Assembly (NCBI RefSeq): GCF_006345805.1
Contig: NC_042997.1
Location: 67,642,001-67,706,000 of the forward strand
Direction: 5' to 3'
Source of the DNA: Octopus sinensis
Lineage: Eukaryota
Length of the DNA: 64,000 bases
Of the stretch, positions 53,301-63,199 are shown in pieces. The notes below the pieces were generated by a model. That model saw nothing but the letters and a program-made list of their open reading frames with translations. It did no database searches and was not told the origin of the DNA. The position numbers and the translations under genes were made by a program. Within the stretch, counting starts at the first letter, position 1. Each line of letters begins with the position of its first letter.

Positions 53301-54750
53301 CAACATGCCCATTAAAATCTCCACCTACAAAGATGAGGTCCTTGTTACTAGTCTTTGAAGTAGCCTGCAGAAGGGTATCATAAAAGTTGTCCTTCTGATC
53401 ATTTGGTAGTCCCGCTTGTGGGGCATAGGCTGAGATAATCATAGCTGTGCCACTCTGTAGGACCAACCTGAGCTTAAGCACTCTATCACAAACCCTGACA
53501 ACCTCTATGACCTTATCCACCCATTCCTCCGCAAGGAGAATGCCTACACCCCCTACACCTTCCGCGTTACCTTGCCAGTAGAGTTTGTATCTAAGTGCCT
53601 TGCCCGTGAGGACCCTAGCCGAAGCATCTCTCCATCTTACCTCTTGTATGCAGCATACATCAACCTGTCTTCTCTCTAGCATCTCTACAATCTCACTAGA
53701 CTTGCCTGTCAATGTACCAACATTGATAGTGCCAACTCTGAAAACTGGGAAGGAGATGTGGGGGGGGACGGGGGGGATTCGGCGCCTGAGAAGAGGAGGG
53801 TTGTTGTGGTGGTGATAGTTTTCGTGGTATTTTTCTTTTGATCTCTCTTCCAACCTGACCACGCCGTGGGCAGGAGCTGGTGTTAGCAGTGGACATTCGT
53901 TATCGTCACTGAGTAACGTAATTAGGTAGAGGAAAGAAATACAGATATTCTAGAGTTGAGTTGGGGAGGGGGGGTCCAGTTGAGGCGGGTAATATAGGGG
54001 AGCAACCAGTGGGGAAGGTTGGGGTAAGGAGGAACGATGGCAGGAAGGGTTGGTGTAGGTTCGTAAGAAATAAAAACGTAGGATATTACGAGGCGGGAGG
54101 GTACTAAAAGGGGATGGTCAGATTGAGGCAGTGTCAGGAGGAAGCGTAAGATCGGTGGGCAGTTGATGAGCTATGGCGCTAGCAGCTTGTCTTTTCACAG
54201 TGAAAGCATATGAGGAGAAGGGGTAGTGGGGGGAGGAGGAGGGAGTAGGGCGTATCCGGTGTAGATGAGTAGGGCGTATCCGGTGTAGATGAGTAGGGCG
54301 TATCCGGTGTAGATGGTGAGAACAGGGTATACTGGTATTGGTGGTGGGGGTGAGAACAGTGTTCACCGGTATTGGTGGTGGGGGTGAGAACAGTGTTCAC
54401 CGGCATTGGTGGTGGGGGTGAGAACAGTGTTCACCGGTATTGGTGGTGGGGGTGAGAACAGTGTTCATCGGTATTGGTGGTGGGGGTGGGGGGCGGGCGC
54501 ACCGCCGATGACGGAAAGATGGGAAAAGATGGGATTACGGCTTGAGGTAGCCTAAGGTTAAATTTCGTAGAGAGAGAGATAGGAAAGATAAATCAAGTTA
54601 TGGCGAAGGCTTGAAAGTAGCCTAAAAGGTTAAATTTTCGTAGTGAATGAGATGGGTAAGACGAATCAAGTTATCAATGTATGAATAAACGTAGTAACAA
54701 CGAATAAAAATAGTAAGATAAATTTTTAAGAACTTGCTGCGGGCATCGAC
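50347..54750 (-). mobile_element. Apparently full-length RTE LINE, antisense in PNKP intron 13
   Basis: About 0.9-kb 5' UTR, intact ORF, 3' UTR, (GAT)n tail; candidate TSD CATATAT at 50340-50346 and 54751-54757. Confidence 0.93.
50593..53862 (-). CDS. RTE ORF: APE endonuclease + RT + PHD finger, 1089 aa, uninterrupted
   Basis: APE motifs TINVG, CIQE, SAYAP, GDFN, IDF, QH; RT motifs QFGF, DLEKAFD, HQGS, YADD, YLG; C4HC3 at 51364-51495. Confidence 0.96.
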   Translation of the reverse strand: MVRLEERSKEKYHENYHHHNNPPLLRRRIPPVPPHISFPVFRVGTINVGTLTGKSSEIVEMLERRQVDVCCIQEVRWRDASARVLTGKALRYKLYWQGNAEGVGGVGILLAEEWVDKVIEVVRVCDRVLKLRLVLQSGTAMIISAYAPQAGLPNDQKDNFYDTLLQATSKTSNKDLIFVGGDFNGHVGRESGIFTGVHGGYGIGTRNDEGTRLLEFCDACNLSICNTNFKKPVCHLITYQSGDSASQIDFILTRQRDAGLLLNTKTLPGEECIPQHRLIISDFKLEARRTPRNKPIQKRRIWRLKNPSHGQKFRDILIKKFDEREEELETSDIEGSWEFLRDSLLSATDQVCGWCKVPSRPRITWWWNSAVDKAICEKRRAWKAWKDGGSRELYQIAKREAGRQVYIAKDVAEKKKFANVQRREDQRAEVFRIARQCVRENSDVIGEKCVRMDDGALAFTTSEKKEAWRSHYERLLNEENEWEEESLPNVDPVEGPATRIDSSLVDKAIKDMKPGKAPGLSGITAEMLKTAGYVGYAIVTRIVNQVVHNGVIPNDWCSSTIVNCYKGKGDALDRNNYRGIKLLDQVMKVSEKVITNLIRERICLDEMQFGFVPGRSTTDAIFLVRQLQEKYLAKDKPLYIAFVDLEKAFDRVPRSLIWWSMRKLEIEEWLIRAVQALYREAVSKVRIGNEYSEEFWVEVGVHQGSALSPLLFIIVLQAITEEFKTGCPWELLYADDLALIAESLPELEEKFRVWKQGLESKGLRINVAKTKVLVSSKRYSAHIPSGRWPCSTCRKGTGRNSIRCTQCKLWAHKRCSNIKGKLTDKIAFMCGRCTGTIDTTDTQKTDSITLQGEKLEVVDSFRYLGDQVSSGGGCTESITTRIRIAWAKFRKLLPLLATKGLSLRAKGRLYDACVRTAMLHGNETWAVTAEDMRRLERNEASMIRWMCSVSVHAKQSVSILREMLDIRSIRCGVQERRLRWYGHVLRMDEERWVKKCHSQTVEGIRGRGRPRKTWDEVVKHDLRALGLTEAMAKDRDLWRYAVTTKTRAAFCSNSTYPLPILSTPDPQSTLDPQSTPIPKVPRTSLPPCR

Positions 54751-54772
54751 CATATATATATATATATATATA

Positions 54773-55143
54773 CACATAAACAATTGCAGTGTGGAAGGTG
54801 TTTATAAGCCATTTAAAAAAACACAGAAACTGTTAGATTCACTTCAACATTTAAATTTAATTTGCCAAAATATTTTCATATTTTTGAGACCACGACCTGA
54901 TTACTGACTTGTCTCAAAGCAACAAAAATATTTTGGCAAATTAATTTCAAATGATGAAGTGAATCTAACAGTTTTTTGTGTGTTTTTAAATGGCTTATAA
55001 ACACTTTCCACGCTTTTCGTTTCAGTACATGCTCTCAGATCAGGTCACTTGCTATGTAAGTACATCTCCGTAATATATATATATATCGACATATATATAT
55101 ATACATATATATGTACATATATATCTATATAAAACTATATATA

Positions 55144-55182
<39 letters not shown>

Positions 55183-55539
55183 AACAATTGCAGTGTGGAA
55201 GGTGTTTATAAGCCATTTAAAAAAACACAGAAACTGTTAGATTCACTTCAACATTTAAATTTAATTTGCCAAAATATTTTCATATTTTTGAGACCACGAC
55301 CTGATTACTGACTTGTCTCAAAGCAACAAAAATATTTTGGCAAATTAAATTCAAATGATGAAGTGAATCTAACAGTTTTTTGTGTGTTTTTAAATGGCTT
55401 ATAAACACTTTCCACGCTTTTCGTTTCAGTACATGCTCTCAGATCAGGTCACTTGCTATGTAAGTACATCTCCGTAATATATATATATATCGACATATAT
55501 ATATATACATATATATGTACATATATATCTATATAAAAC

Positions 55540-55571
<32 letters not shown>

Positions 55572-55580
55572 ATATATATA
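54773..55580. repeat. Tandem duplication (404-bp period) of a palindromic unit
   Basis: Units start at 54773 and 55177 and are near identical; each holds an imperfect inverted repeat with arms of about 85 bp (54791-55011). Confidence 0.92.
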
Positions 55581-55738
55581 TACATACATACTGCTGAGTG
55601 AGCACTTCCTAGGCTGATTTCACTGCAGAGGGAACTTTTGAACACACTGTATATACATATATACACACACACATATATACATATACATACTATATGCACA
55701 CACATATATACATACTATATGCACACATATATATATGT

Positions 55739-56040
55739 GGAGGCGCACTGGCCCAGTGGTTAGGGCAGCGGATTCACGGTCGTAGGATTGCGGTTTTGAT
55801 TCCCAGACCGGGCATTGTGAGTGTTTATTGAGTGAAAACATCGAAAGCACCACGAGGCTCCGGCAGGGGCTGGTGGCGATCCCTGCTGTACTCTTTCGCC
55901 ACAACTTTCTCTTACTCTTCTGTTGACCTGCTCGCTTAGCCAGCGGGGTGGTGTCATTTGAAGGCTAAAACAATGCGAAGCGCATTGTGACCAGCAATGT
56001 GTAGCAACATCTGATAGCCTGGTCGGTCACGGTGATCATG
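55739..56040 (+). mobile_element. tRNA-derived SINE (second family)
   Basis: A-box TGGCCCAGTGG and B-box-like GGTTTTGATTCCC followed by a non-tRNA body. Confidence 0.8.
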
Positions 56041-56138
56041 GTGATATATATATATATATATATATATATGCATGCATGCATATAAACAGTGATGACGATG
56101 ATGATACACATACAAAGATATACGTATACACACATGCT

Positions 56139-56176
<38 letters not shown>

Positions 56177-56199
56177 ATCCAAACAAGAAAACACAAAAA

Positions 56200-57400
56200 G
56201 ACAAAAAAACACAACAACGCGAGGACGTGGAACAAATAAAGTATTATTGGACGCTCAGGAAAGAAGGGAAGAAGGAGGGTTTAATGTTTTGAGTGGAGCT
56301 CTTCGTCGGAAACATAAGAGAAGGAAAGGTTCCGAGAAGGGAAGACAGAGGAAAAAAAATCGCCAGCGGTACTCACGAGGTCACATATTGGAAGACCGGA
56401 AGTAGAAAGGTGGAAGAATAATGTTTTTTAAAGACAGGAGAGTTTTCAAAGACAGTAGGTAGTATGTCAAAGACAAGGAAAGTGAGAGGGGGAATGTGTG
56501 TGGATGTGTGCGTGTGCGGAGGTCTGCGTGTGTGTGTATGTGTGCAATGATGACACGTGTGTGTGTGTGTATGTGTGTAGGGCGAACAACTGGCTAGTAG
56601 CTGGCCAGTGTAAGAATGAGTGGTGTTTTTTGTGTCCAGCCACAGGTCAAAACAAAGGTATGTGTGTGTGCGTGTATGTATATGTATCGTGTGTGTTTTG
56701 TTTGTAGTGTGTGTGTGTGTGTATGTGTGTGTTCGTGTGTGTATGCGTAGAGTTTGGGTGTGGCGAGTAACTGTGCTTAACTTAGTGTATGTGTGCGTGT
56801 GTGCTTGTACGTGCATGTGTGTATATATATGTATAATTGTGTGCCGTGTGTATGGGATGTATGTGTGGGTTCATTGTGTGTGTGTGTGTGTGTATGTATG
56901 TGCGTGTGTGTGTGTGTGTAAGCGTATATGGATGTATATGCGTGTATCCGTGGGGTTGTGAGTTTTGGGTGTGTGCATTGGTGTGCATGCGTATGTGCGC
57001 ATGTTTTTGTGTGCGTATGTGTGTGTGTGTCTGGTTATATGTGTGTATGTATGTGTATGTGCGCGTGTAGGTATATATTGTGTGTATGTATATGTGTCGG
57101 TGTGTATGTGAATTTGTGTGTTTGTATGTGTGTGTGTGCGCGTGTATTGTATATATATGTAAATGTGTGTGCGTGTGTGTGTACATGCGTGCGAGTGAAT
57201 GTATGTATATATGTGCGTGTGTGTACAAATGTAGAGGTTTATATGTGTGTTTATATGTGTGTATATATATGTATGCAAGCTCACACTTTATAATTGAAAG
57301 ATTGATGGAAAAAAAAATTGGTGTGGGTGTATGTGAATCCACAGGCACACACACACACACTGACGTACGCCTGCAATACAGCCAACCCCATATGCATGTA

Positions 57401-57431
<31 letters not shown>

Positions 57432-59443
57432 GTATGTATGTCTGTGTGTGTATGTGTGTATGTATGTATGTATGTGTGTGTACGTATGTGTGTGTGTGTG
57501 AATGTATACGTGTGAGAGTTTTTCTGGAGTTGTGTGAGCATAATGTACATGCGTGTGCATGTGTGCGGTTACGTGCGTGTATGTGTGTGTGTGTCTCTGC
57601 TAGGTGTTTGTAAGAGTGTGCGTATCTGTATGAGTATTGTTTGTTGGTGTGTGTGCACGGGCATGTGTGTGGGGGGTGTATAGGTGTGGAAGTATGTGTG
57701 CGTACATGTGCATTTTGGATGTATGTGTGTGGTGTGTTGGAAGTAGGTGTGTTCGTGGATGCGTGAGTATGTGTGTGTGTGTGTTTCTGTATAAGGACAA
57801 AATATAAAAAAAAAGGTTGCTAGTGGGGAGAGGTGGAGTGCAGTCACTAAGAGGAGGAGGCTGTGTTGAGTCCGTGTGGGGTATTGGTCTGTAGAGGGAA
57901 AATGAATCGTTGCTCCAAGTGGAGCCTGGATTGTGGAGGACCGTTGTGTGGGGCGAGACCAAGCAGTGATGTCATCAGGGGAATGGCTGGCCGAGCGGAA
58001 GTGACGTGCGACAGGAGAATTGGACCGTAGACGAACATCCCTTAGATGTTCGGCGAATTGGTCTGACAACCGGCGTCCCATCTGTCCTATATACAGCATT
58101 CCGCAGAGGTTGCATTTAATGCAGTATATGAGACCAGACGAAGTGCACGTAAAAGAATGTCTGATACATACAGTTCGCTGGTTGGAACCGGTGACAGCAG
58201 TGGTGTTGGTGATGAAGGGGCAGGTGTTGCAGCAGGATCTGGAGCAAGGGAAGGATCCGTGTGGGGCTGAGGGGGAAGAAGAGAGAGTGCTATGGACCAG
58301 GAGGTCGCGTAGATTCTAGGCTCATTTGAAGGAGGACAGGGGTGGGTTGGGGAAAATGGGATCGAGCTGGAGATGACAGTAGGCATGTAGTATCTTCTGA
58401 CGAAGGGGTAGAGTAGAGGGGTGGAAAAGGAGGGGAAAGGGGGTTGGGGTGGGTGGGTGAGAAGAAGGAGAAAGGGCGGTGGTGCGGTCGATGCGGCGGG
58501 TGAGGGTGTTCAAGACCAGGGTAGGTGGGTATCCTTGATGCCTGAACAGGCGGGCCAGGTATTGAGACTGGGTCTCGAAATCCTGGTCGCGGCTGCACAA
58601 GCATCGGAGGTGGAGGAACTGGGAGTAGGCGATGGTCCGTTTGGTGTGGAAGGGATGGGAGGAGGAGAAGTTGAGATAGAGGTGGGAATCCGTGGGTTTG
58701 AAGAAGGCGGAGGTGGTGAGAGAGTGGGAGGGGTGGTCAATGTTGAGAGAGATATCAAGGAAGTTAACAGAGGTATTGGAGATTGGTGGAAGTGAATTGT
58801 AGAGAGGGGTGGAAGTTAGAGAGGAAAGAGATGAAGTGGCAGAGTTGTTCGCGGGAAAGGGAGGTGGCGCCTATGCAGTCATCTATGTAGTGGCCGTATA
58901 GTTCCGGGGTCGGCCTGGAGAATTGGGAGAATTCTTGGGCCTCAATGTAGCCAACAAAGAGATTGGCGAAATTGGGGCCCATTCTCGTTCCCATCGCGAC
59001 CCCAGACAACTATTGGTACGTTTCCCCGGCGAACGTGAAACAGTTGAGGGTGAGGACGAGCTCTGCCAGGTGGAGAAGGGTGGGGGCGCTAGGGGTGGGG
59101 TCGGGACGACGGTCGAGGAAGTGTTGGAGGGCTATGAGACCGTCGTTGTGGGGAATTACCGTATACAGGGATTTTATGTCTAAGGTGAAGAGGAGGTGTG
59201 AGGGGCTGGAAGGGAAGGAAAAGGAATTGAAGAGACGGAGGGCGTGGTTGGTGTCATGTATGTGGGATGGGAGGGCTGCGACTAAGGGGGACAGGATGCG
59301 GTCGAGGTATAAGGAAAGGCGTTCAGTGGGGCAATTACAGGCGGAAACAATGGGGCGGCAAGGGTTATTGGGTTTATGAATTTTGGGAAGGAAATAGATG
59401 GTGGAGGTGCGGGGTGTGCGGACGATGAGGTTGGTGGCGGTGG
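56200..59443 (-). mobile_element. Penelope-like element A (RT + GIY-YIG), 5'-truncated, frameshifted
   Basis: YFLPKIHKPNNPCRPIVS, GVAMGTRMGPNFANLF, YIDD, then LYIGQMGRRLSDQFAEH GIY-YIG; (CA)-rich 3' region and a degenerate hammerhead at the 3' end. Confidence 0.85.
56279..56313 (-). ncRNA. Degenerate hammerhead-like motif at the 3' end of PLE A
   Basis: GTTT-CCGACGA-A-GAG CTCCA CTC-AAAA-CATT-AAAC; stems I and II intact; core changes U4C and G12A; stem III ACGT to ACAT. Confidence 0.45.
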
Positions 59444-61300
59444 GGGGTTTCTACAATTACATTTCTTTCCGGGGCCTTTCCTAGTTTTATTTCTATTGTT
59501 ACCTTTACTTTTTGTGTCTCCAGTTCTAGACAAGTTTCCCTCTTTCATTCCATCAAATCTTCCCTTATTACATGGGTTCGATAGACCCGGTAAAGGCAGA
59601 CTGTTTGTACCATTGGCATTAGGTGTTACAAAATTATTATACGCAGTTCCTTGGTCATCCTCAAAAGAACTTTTCCAGCTAATTCGCCCCAGCAAGCTTG
59701 CTTCTATTGATTGATGCAATAATCGAAGCAAAGTTAGGCATTACAGAGTAAGAGAACTTGATCGTTGACTTGTTGCAAATGCTATAGTATTTATGATTCT
59801 TTGGGAAGTTCTCCTTCAGAATTCTAAAAAACATTTTTGGTAAGTTCCTTACTCTAAGGGAGAAAGGGGGAGCGAACCAAACAACTTCCCTTATTCTAGA
59901 CCGTGAACCTCCGTTTTGTTTAACTCCTTGTCAAAATTATTAATTTTCTTATACCTGTACCTATTGCGAGTATCCCTAAACACATTACTACTCAAAGGCC
60001 TTCTATTATTGCAGTTGGGGGGGGGGGTTCCCTGCATTAGTATTTGTGACGTGCTTAAATGGCAAACCAGCCATTTTGTTTTTGAGTCTAGTATTAAGGA
60101 TATAAAGTATTTTAGATTTGAAACCACTTAATCTTAGGGCATTATTATACACCGGTGCATGCTGTTCAAAAATCTTTTCATTCGCAGGTAAATTAGATAT
60201 TCTAGTTGAAATTGCAGTAACGATGCTGTCTATTATTGCATCAATCAATAGAAGCAAGCTTGCTGGGCGGAATAGCTGGAAAAGTTCTTTTGAGGATGAC
60301 CAAGGAACTGCATATAATAATTTTGTAACACCTAATGCCAATGGTACAAACAGTCTGCCTTTACCGGGTCTATCGAACCCATGTAATAAGGGAAGATTTG
60401 ATGGAATGAAAGAGGGAAACTTGTCTAGAACTGGAGACACAAAAAGTAAAGGTAACAATAGAAATAAAACTAGGAAAGGCCCTGGAAAGAAATGTAATTG
60501 TAGAAACCCCGAATTATGTCCTTTAGATGGTTCCTGTCTAGTTACTAACGTTGTATATAAATGTGTAGTCAAGGACGAGGATAAGTTAAATAAATTTTAT
60601 ATAGGTAGCACGGTAGATTTTAAGGCTAGATATAGATCACATATGAGCTCATTTTCTAACGATAAATACTGTAATTCAACAACACTTGCATCCCATATAC
60701 ACAATTTGAAGAAAAATAATAAGAATTATTATCTAGAATGGTCCATTATCTCTAAAACCCCAAATTTCAAGGGAATATTAACAAGTGTAAGCTGTGCATA
60801 AGGGAATCCCTTACCATCCTTAGGTGTTATGGACCGCACACTCTGAATAAATTTACTAACGTGATTCCTTTTTGCATCCATAAATTTTCTTCTACATTCT
60901 TAAAAGTGTATAAGAATAAAATAAGTTGTAGAAAATAAATAATTTAGTTCTTACAGGGTTTGAAACCACGGAGGTTCAATTTAATTTAATTTAATTTAAC
61001 TTAATTTAATTTAATACACCCATTTAAAAGAATTTTTTTTACTGATTTATTTTTCTACTGCTTTAAAAAAATTTTTTTACTGCTTTAATTCTTTCTTTTG
61101 GGCTCGTCTGAGCATGACTTCTTCAATAAGAAAGCACACAATATTGTGTTAAGCCTGGTACGCGATGATGTCTGTCTCTCTATTTTTTTCCCCTGACGAA
61201 GGAGTTATTATCGTGATGCACCCTAGTGCTTTAAACACAATAATATACCCCTGAAATGGCCATAGGGAATGTAAATATGGCTTCCTCTTATTTGAAAAGT
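59444..61300 (+). mobile_element. Penelope-like element B (GIY-YIG end on +, inverted RT C-terminal part on -)
   Basis: + strand CNCRNPELCPLDGSC...VVYKC...FYIGSTVDFKARYRSH; - strand ISTRISNLPANEKIF...WFAPPFSL; hammerhead at the 3' end. Confidence 0.88.
61188..61269 (+). ncRNA. Type I hammerhead ribozyme motif (PLE-type, palindromic stem III)
   Basis: Stem I TTCCC/GGGAA; core CTGACGA (61193-61199); long stem II; GAAA (61253-61256); stem III ATGGCCAT; cleavage triplet AUA ending at 61264. Confidence 0.82.
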
Positions 61301-61685
61301 AAATTTATAAGATTTTCTAAACGATGAACTTTTATTTTATTTTACATTATATATTATATATTTTTTATATGCTTCCTATATATATATATATATTTTTATA
61401 TACCTATATATTTATATATTACTTTATACTATATTTTCACGTATTTACTTTCTAGGTGTTGTAATGGTTTTTTAAAAAAATATATTTTTCTTGATTGCTA
61501 AAGTATTAGCTTTTAACCGTGATGAACTGTATTCACACATTTTTTCTCGCACTTTCTTATATGCTTGTACAGATGAGTTACATTCCATCTTCCGTGATGT
61601 TTAAATGTATATTCTATGATTAAATGTTTGAGTTATGAAATGTTATGTGGATGACCTTGCATTTGTTTGTTCTATAACCTTAGTT

Positions 61686-61730
<45 letters not shown>

Positions 61731-61965
61731 GAAACTATTAAAAGTGAAACAATATAAATGTGAAACTATTAAAAGTGAAACAATATAAAAGTGAAACTAT
61801 AACTGTTACTCCATTGAAGGTTTCACTTTTATTCTTGCATTGTTTTAATCCAAACTAATTACATGTTGATACTCCTGAGGTCTCGTAGTATTACCATATA
61901 AAATTTGATTTAATTTGGTTGTGCTGTTTGAGAATGCATTGGGAACAGACAGAGATACAAAGGAT

Positions 61966-62005
<40 letters not shown>

Positions 62006-62107
62006 GGAGTAAACACATAAATGTGAAACAAGGTGGAAAAAAGAGTACTCAAATACCAGTGGTAGAGTAATATGCTTTATTTAAAGCAGCAGAAAATTCA
62101 ACAAAAT

Positions 62108-62145
62108 CTGTTACTCTGAGTTTCTCGTTGCCGTTCATCAGACAG
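62108..62145 (-). ncRNA. Mirror copy of the minimal hammerhead (left arm of the palindrome)
   Basis: Exact reverse complement of 62169-62206. Confidence 0.75.
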
Positions 62146-62168
62146 TTTTTGCTAGAATCTAGCAAAAA

Positions 62169-62206
62169 CTGTCTGATGAACGGCAACGAGAAACTCAGAG
62201 TAACAG
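62169..62206 (+). ncRNA. Minimal type I hammerhead ribozyme motif
   Basis: CTGT-CTGATGA-A CG GCAA CG A-GAAA-CTC A GAG-TA-ACAG: stem I CTGT/ACAG, GCAA-capped stem II, stem III ACTC/GAGT, GUA site ending at 62202. Confidence 0.78.
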
Positions 62207-63199
62207 ATTTTGTTGAATTTTCTGCTGCTTTAAATAAAGTATATATATATATATATAGATAGATATAGATAGATAGAGAGATGAAAGAGTACTAGTAGTT
62301 TTACTAGGTTTAGTTTAATTCATTGTGATTCTGTTCCCTTTTCAAAAAGAGCCTTCGGTATATGTGAAGATACTCAATTTTTATTGTTATATAGATTTAT
62401 TGCTACAAGATTGTGTGGTCAAAGTTTGCCATGTTCAGATTCAGATTACTTTTCATCCATCTATAGTTAATGAAAGAGTACCAGTAATTTTACTGGGTTT
62501 AATATAATTCAGTGTGATTCTGTTCCCTTTTGAAGAAGGGCCTTCTGTATTTGTAAGAAAATTGTCATTACTTTACTATTTCTAATTTATTGTTGTTAAA
62601 AGTATTTGACCTTGATATTAATTTTCTTTTGTTTTTTTTTTTTGTCTTTACTGTTCTAAATTTTGCATTCTGGGTTAAGAAAGTTTACTTTGTGTATAGT
62701 CTATCACTTATGTTTTTGAATTTTACGGCTTAGTCATTTTTATGAAGTGCTTCTGATACTGGTGGGAGAAGAGGAAACTCTCAAATTCAATGTACTAAAC
62801 CTTATTGCAAAAAAATTAATTCTTTATTTGTGGTTCCCATGCTTGGTAACTCCTCCCCCCACACATACACACACATATATTTTGTTACCTGTTATGTCAC
62901 TAACTTGCAGTTTTTCAAACTATACCGACTAGGTTTTTTGGGACAGTGATGAATTTGTTGTCTCTAGGGAGACAACAATATTAATAACACATGCACTGAT
63001 TCAATTCCACTCCTCCATTATTAGTTAATTGGTTAAATACCTATCCCCCTAATTAATTGATCATTTGTTTAACTTGTTAGTTAAACAGTCAATCGTTTGT
63101 TTTGTTTTGTTTTTATTTTGTTTGTCAGACTTATTTTGTTGCCATTCACAACTTTTTCAGTGATTCCCATTTCATTATAGGGGCTGTGTTTGCCTGAGT

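Larger units (their letters stand above)
62075..62239. repeat. Perfect palindrome, 82-bp arms, 1-nt centre
   Basis: 62075-62156 is the exact reverse complement of 62158-62239. Confidence 0.95.

Noticed and set aside
54870-54930. Hammerhead-like centre of the fold-back units
   Set aside because: No CUGANGA core on either strand
55739-55815. tRNA gene
   Set aside because: A- and B-box present, but no complete cloverleaf and it continues into a SINE body
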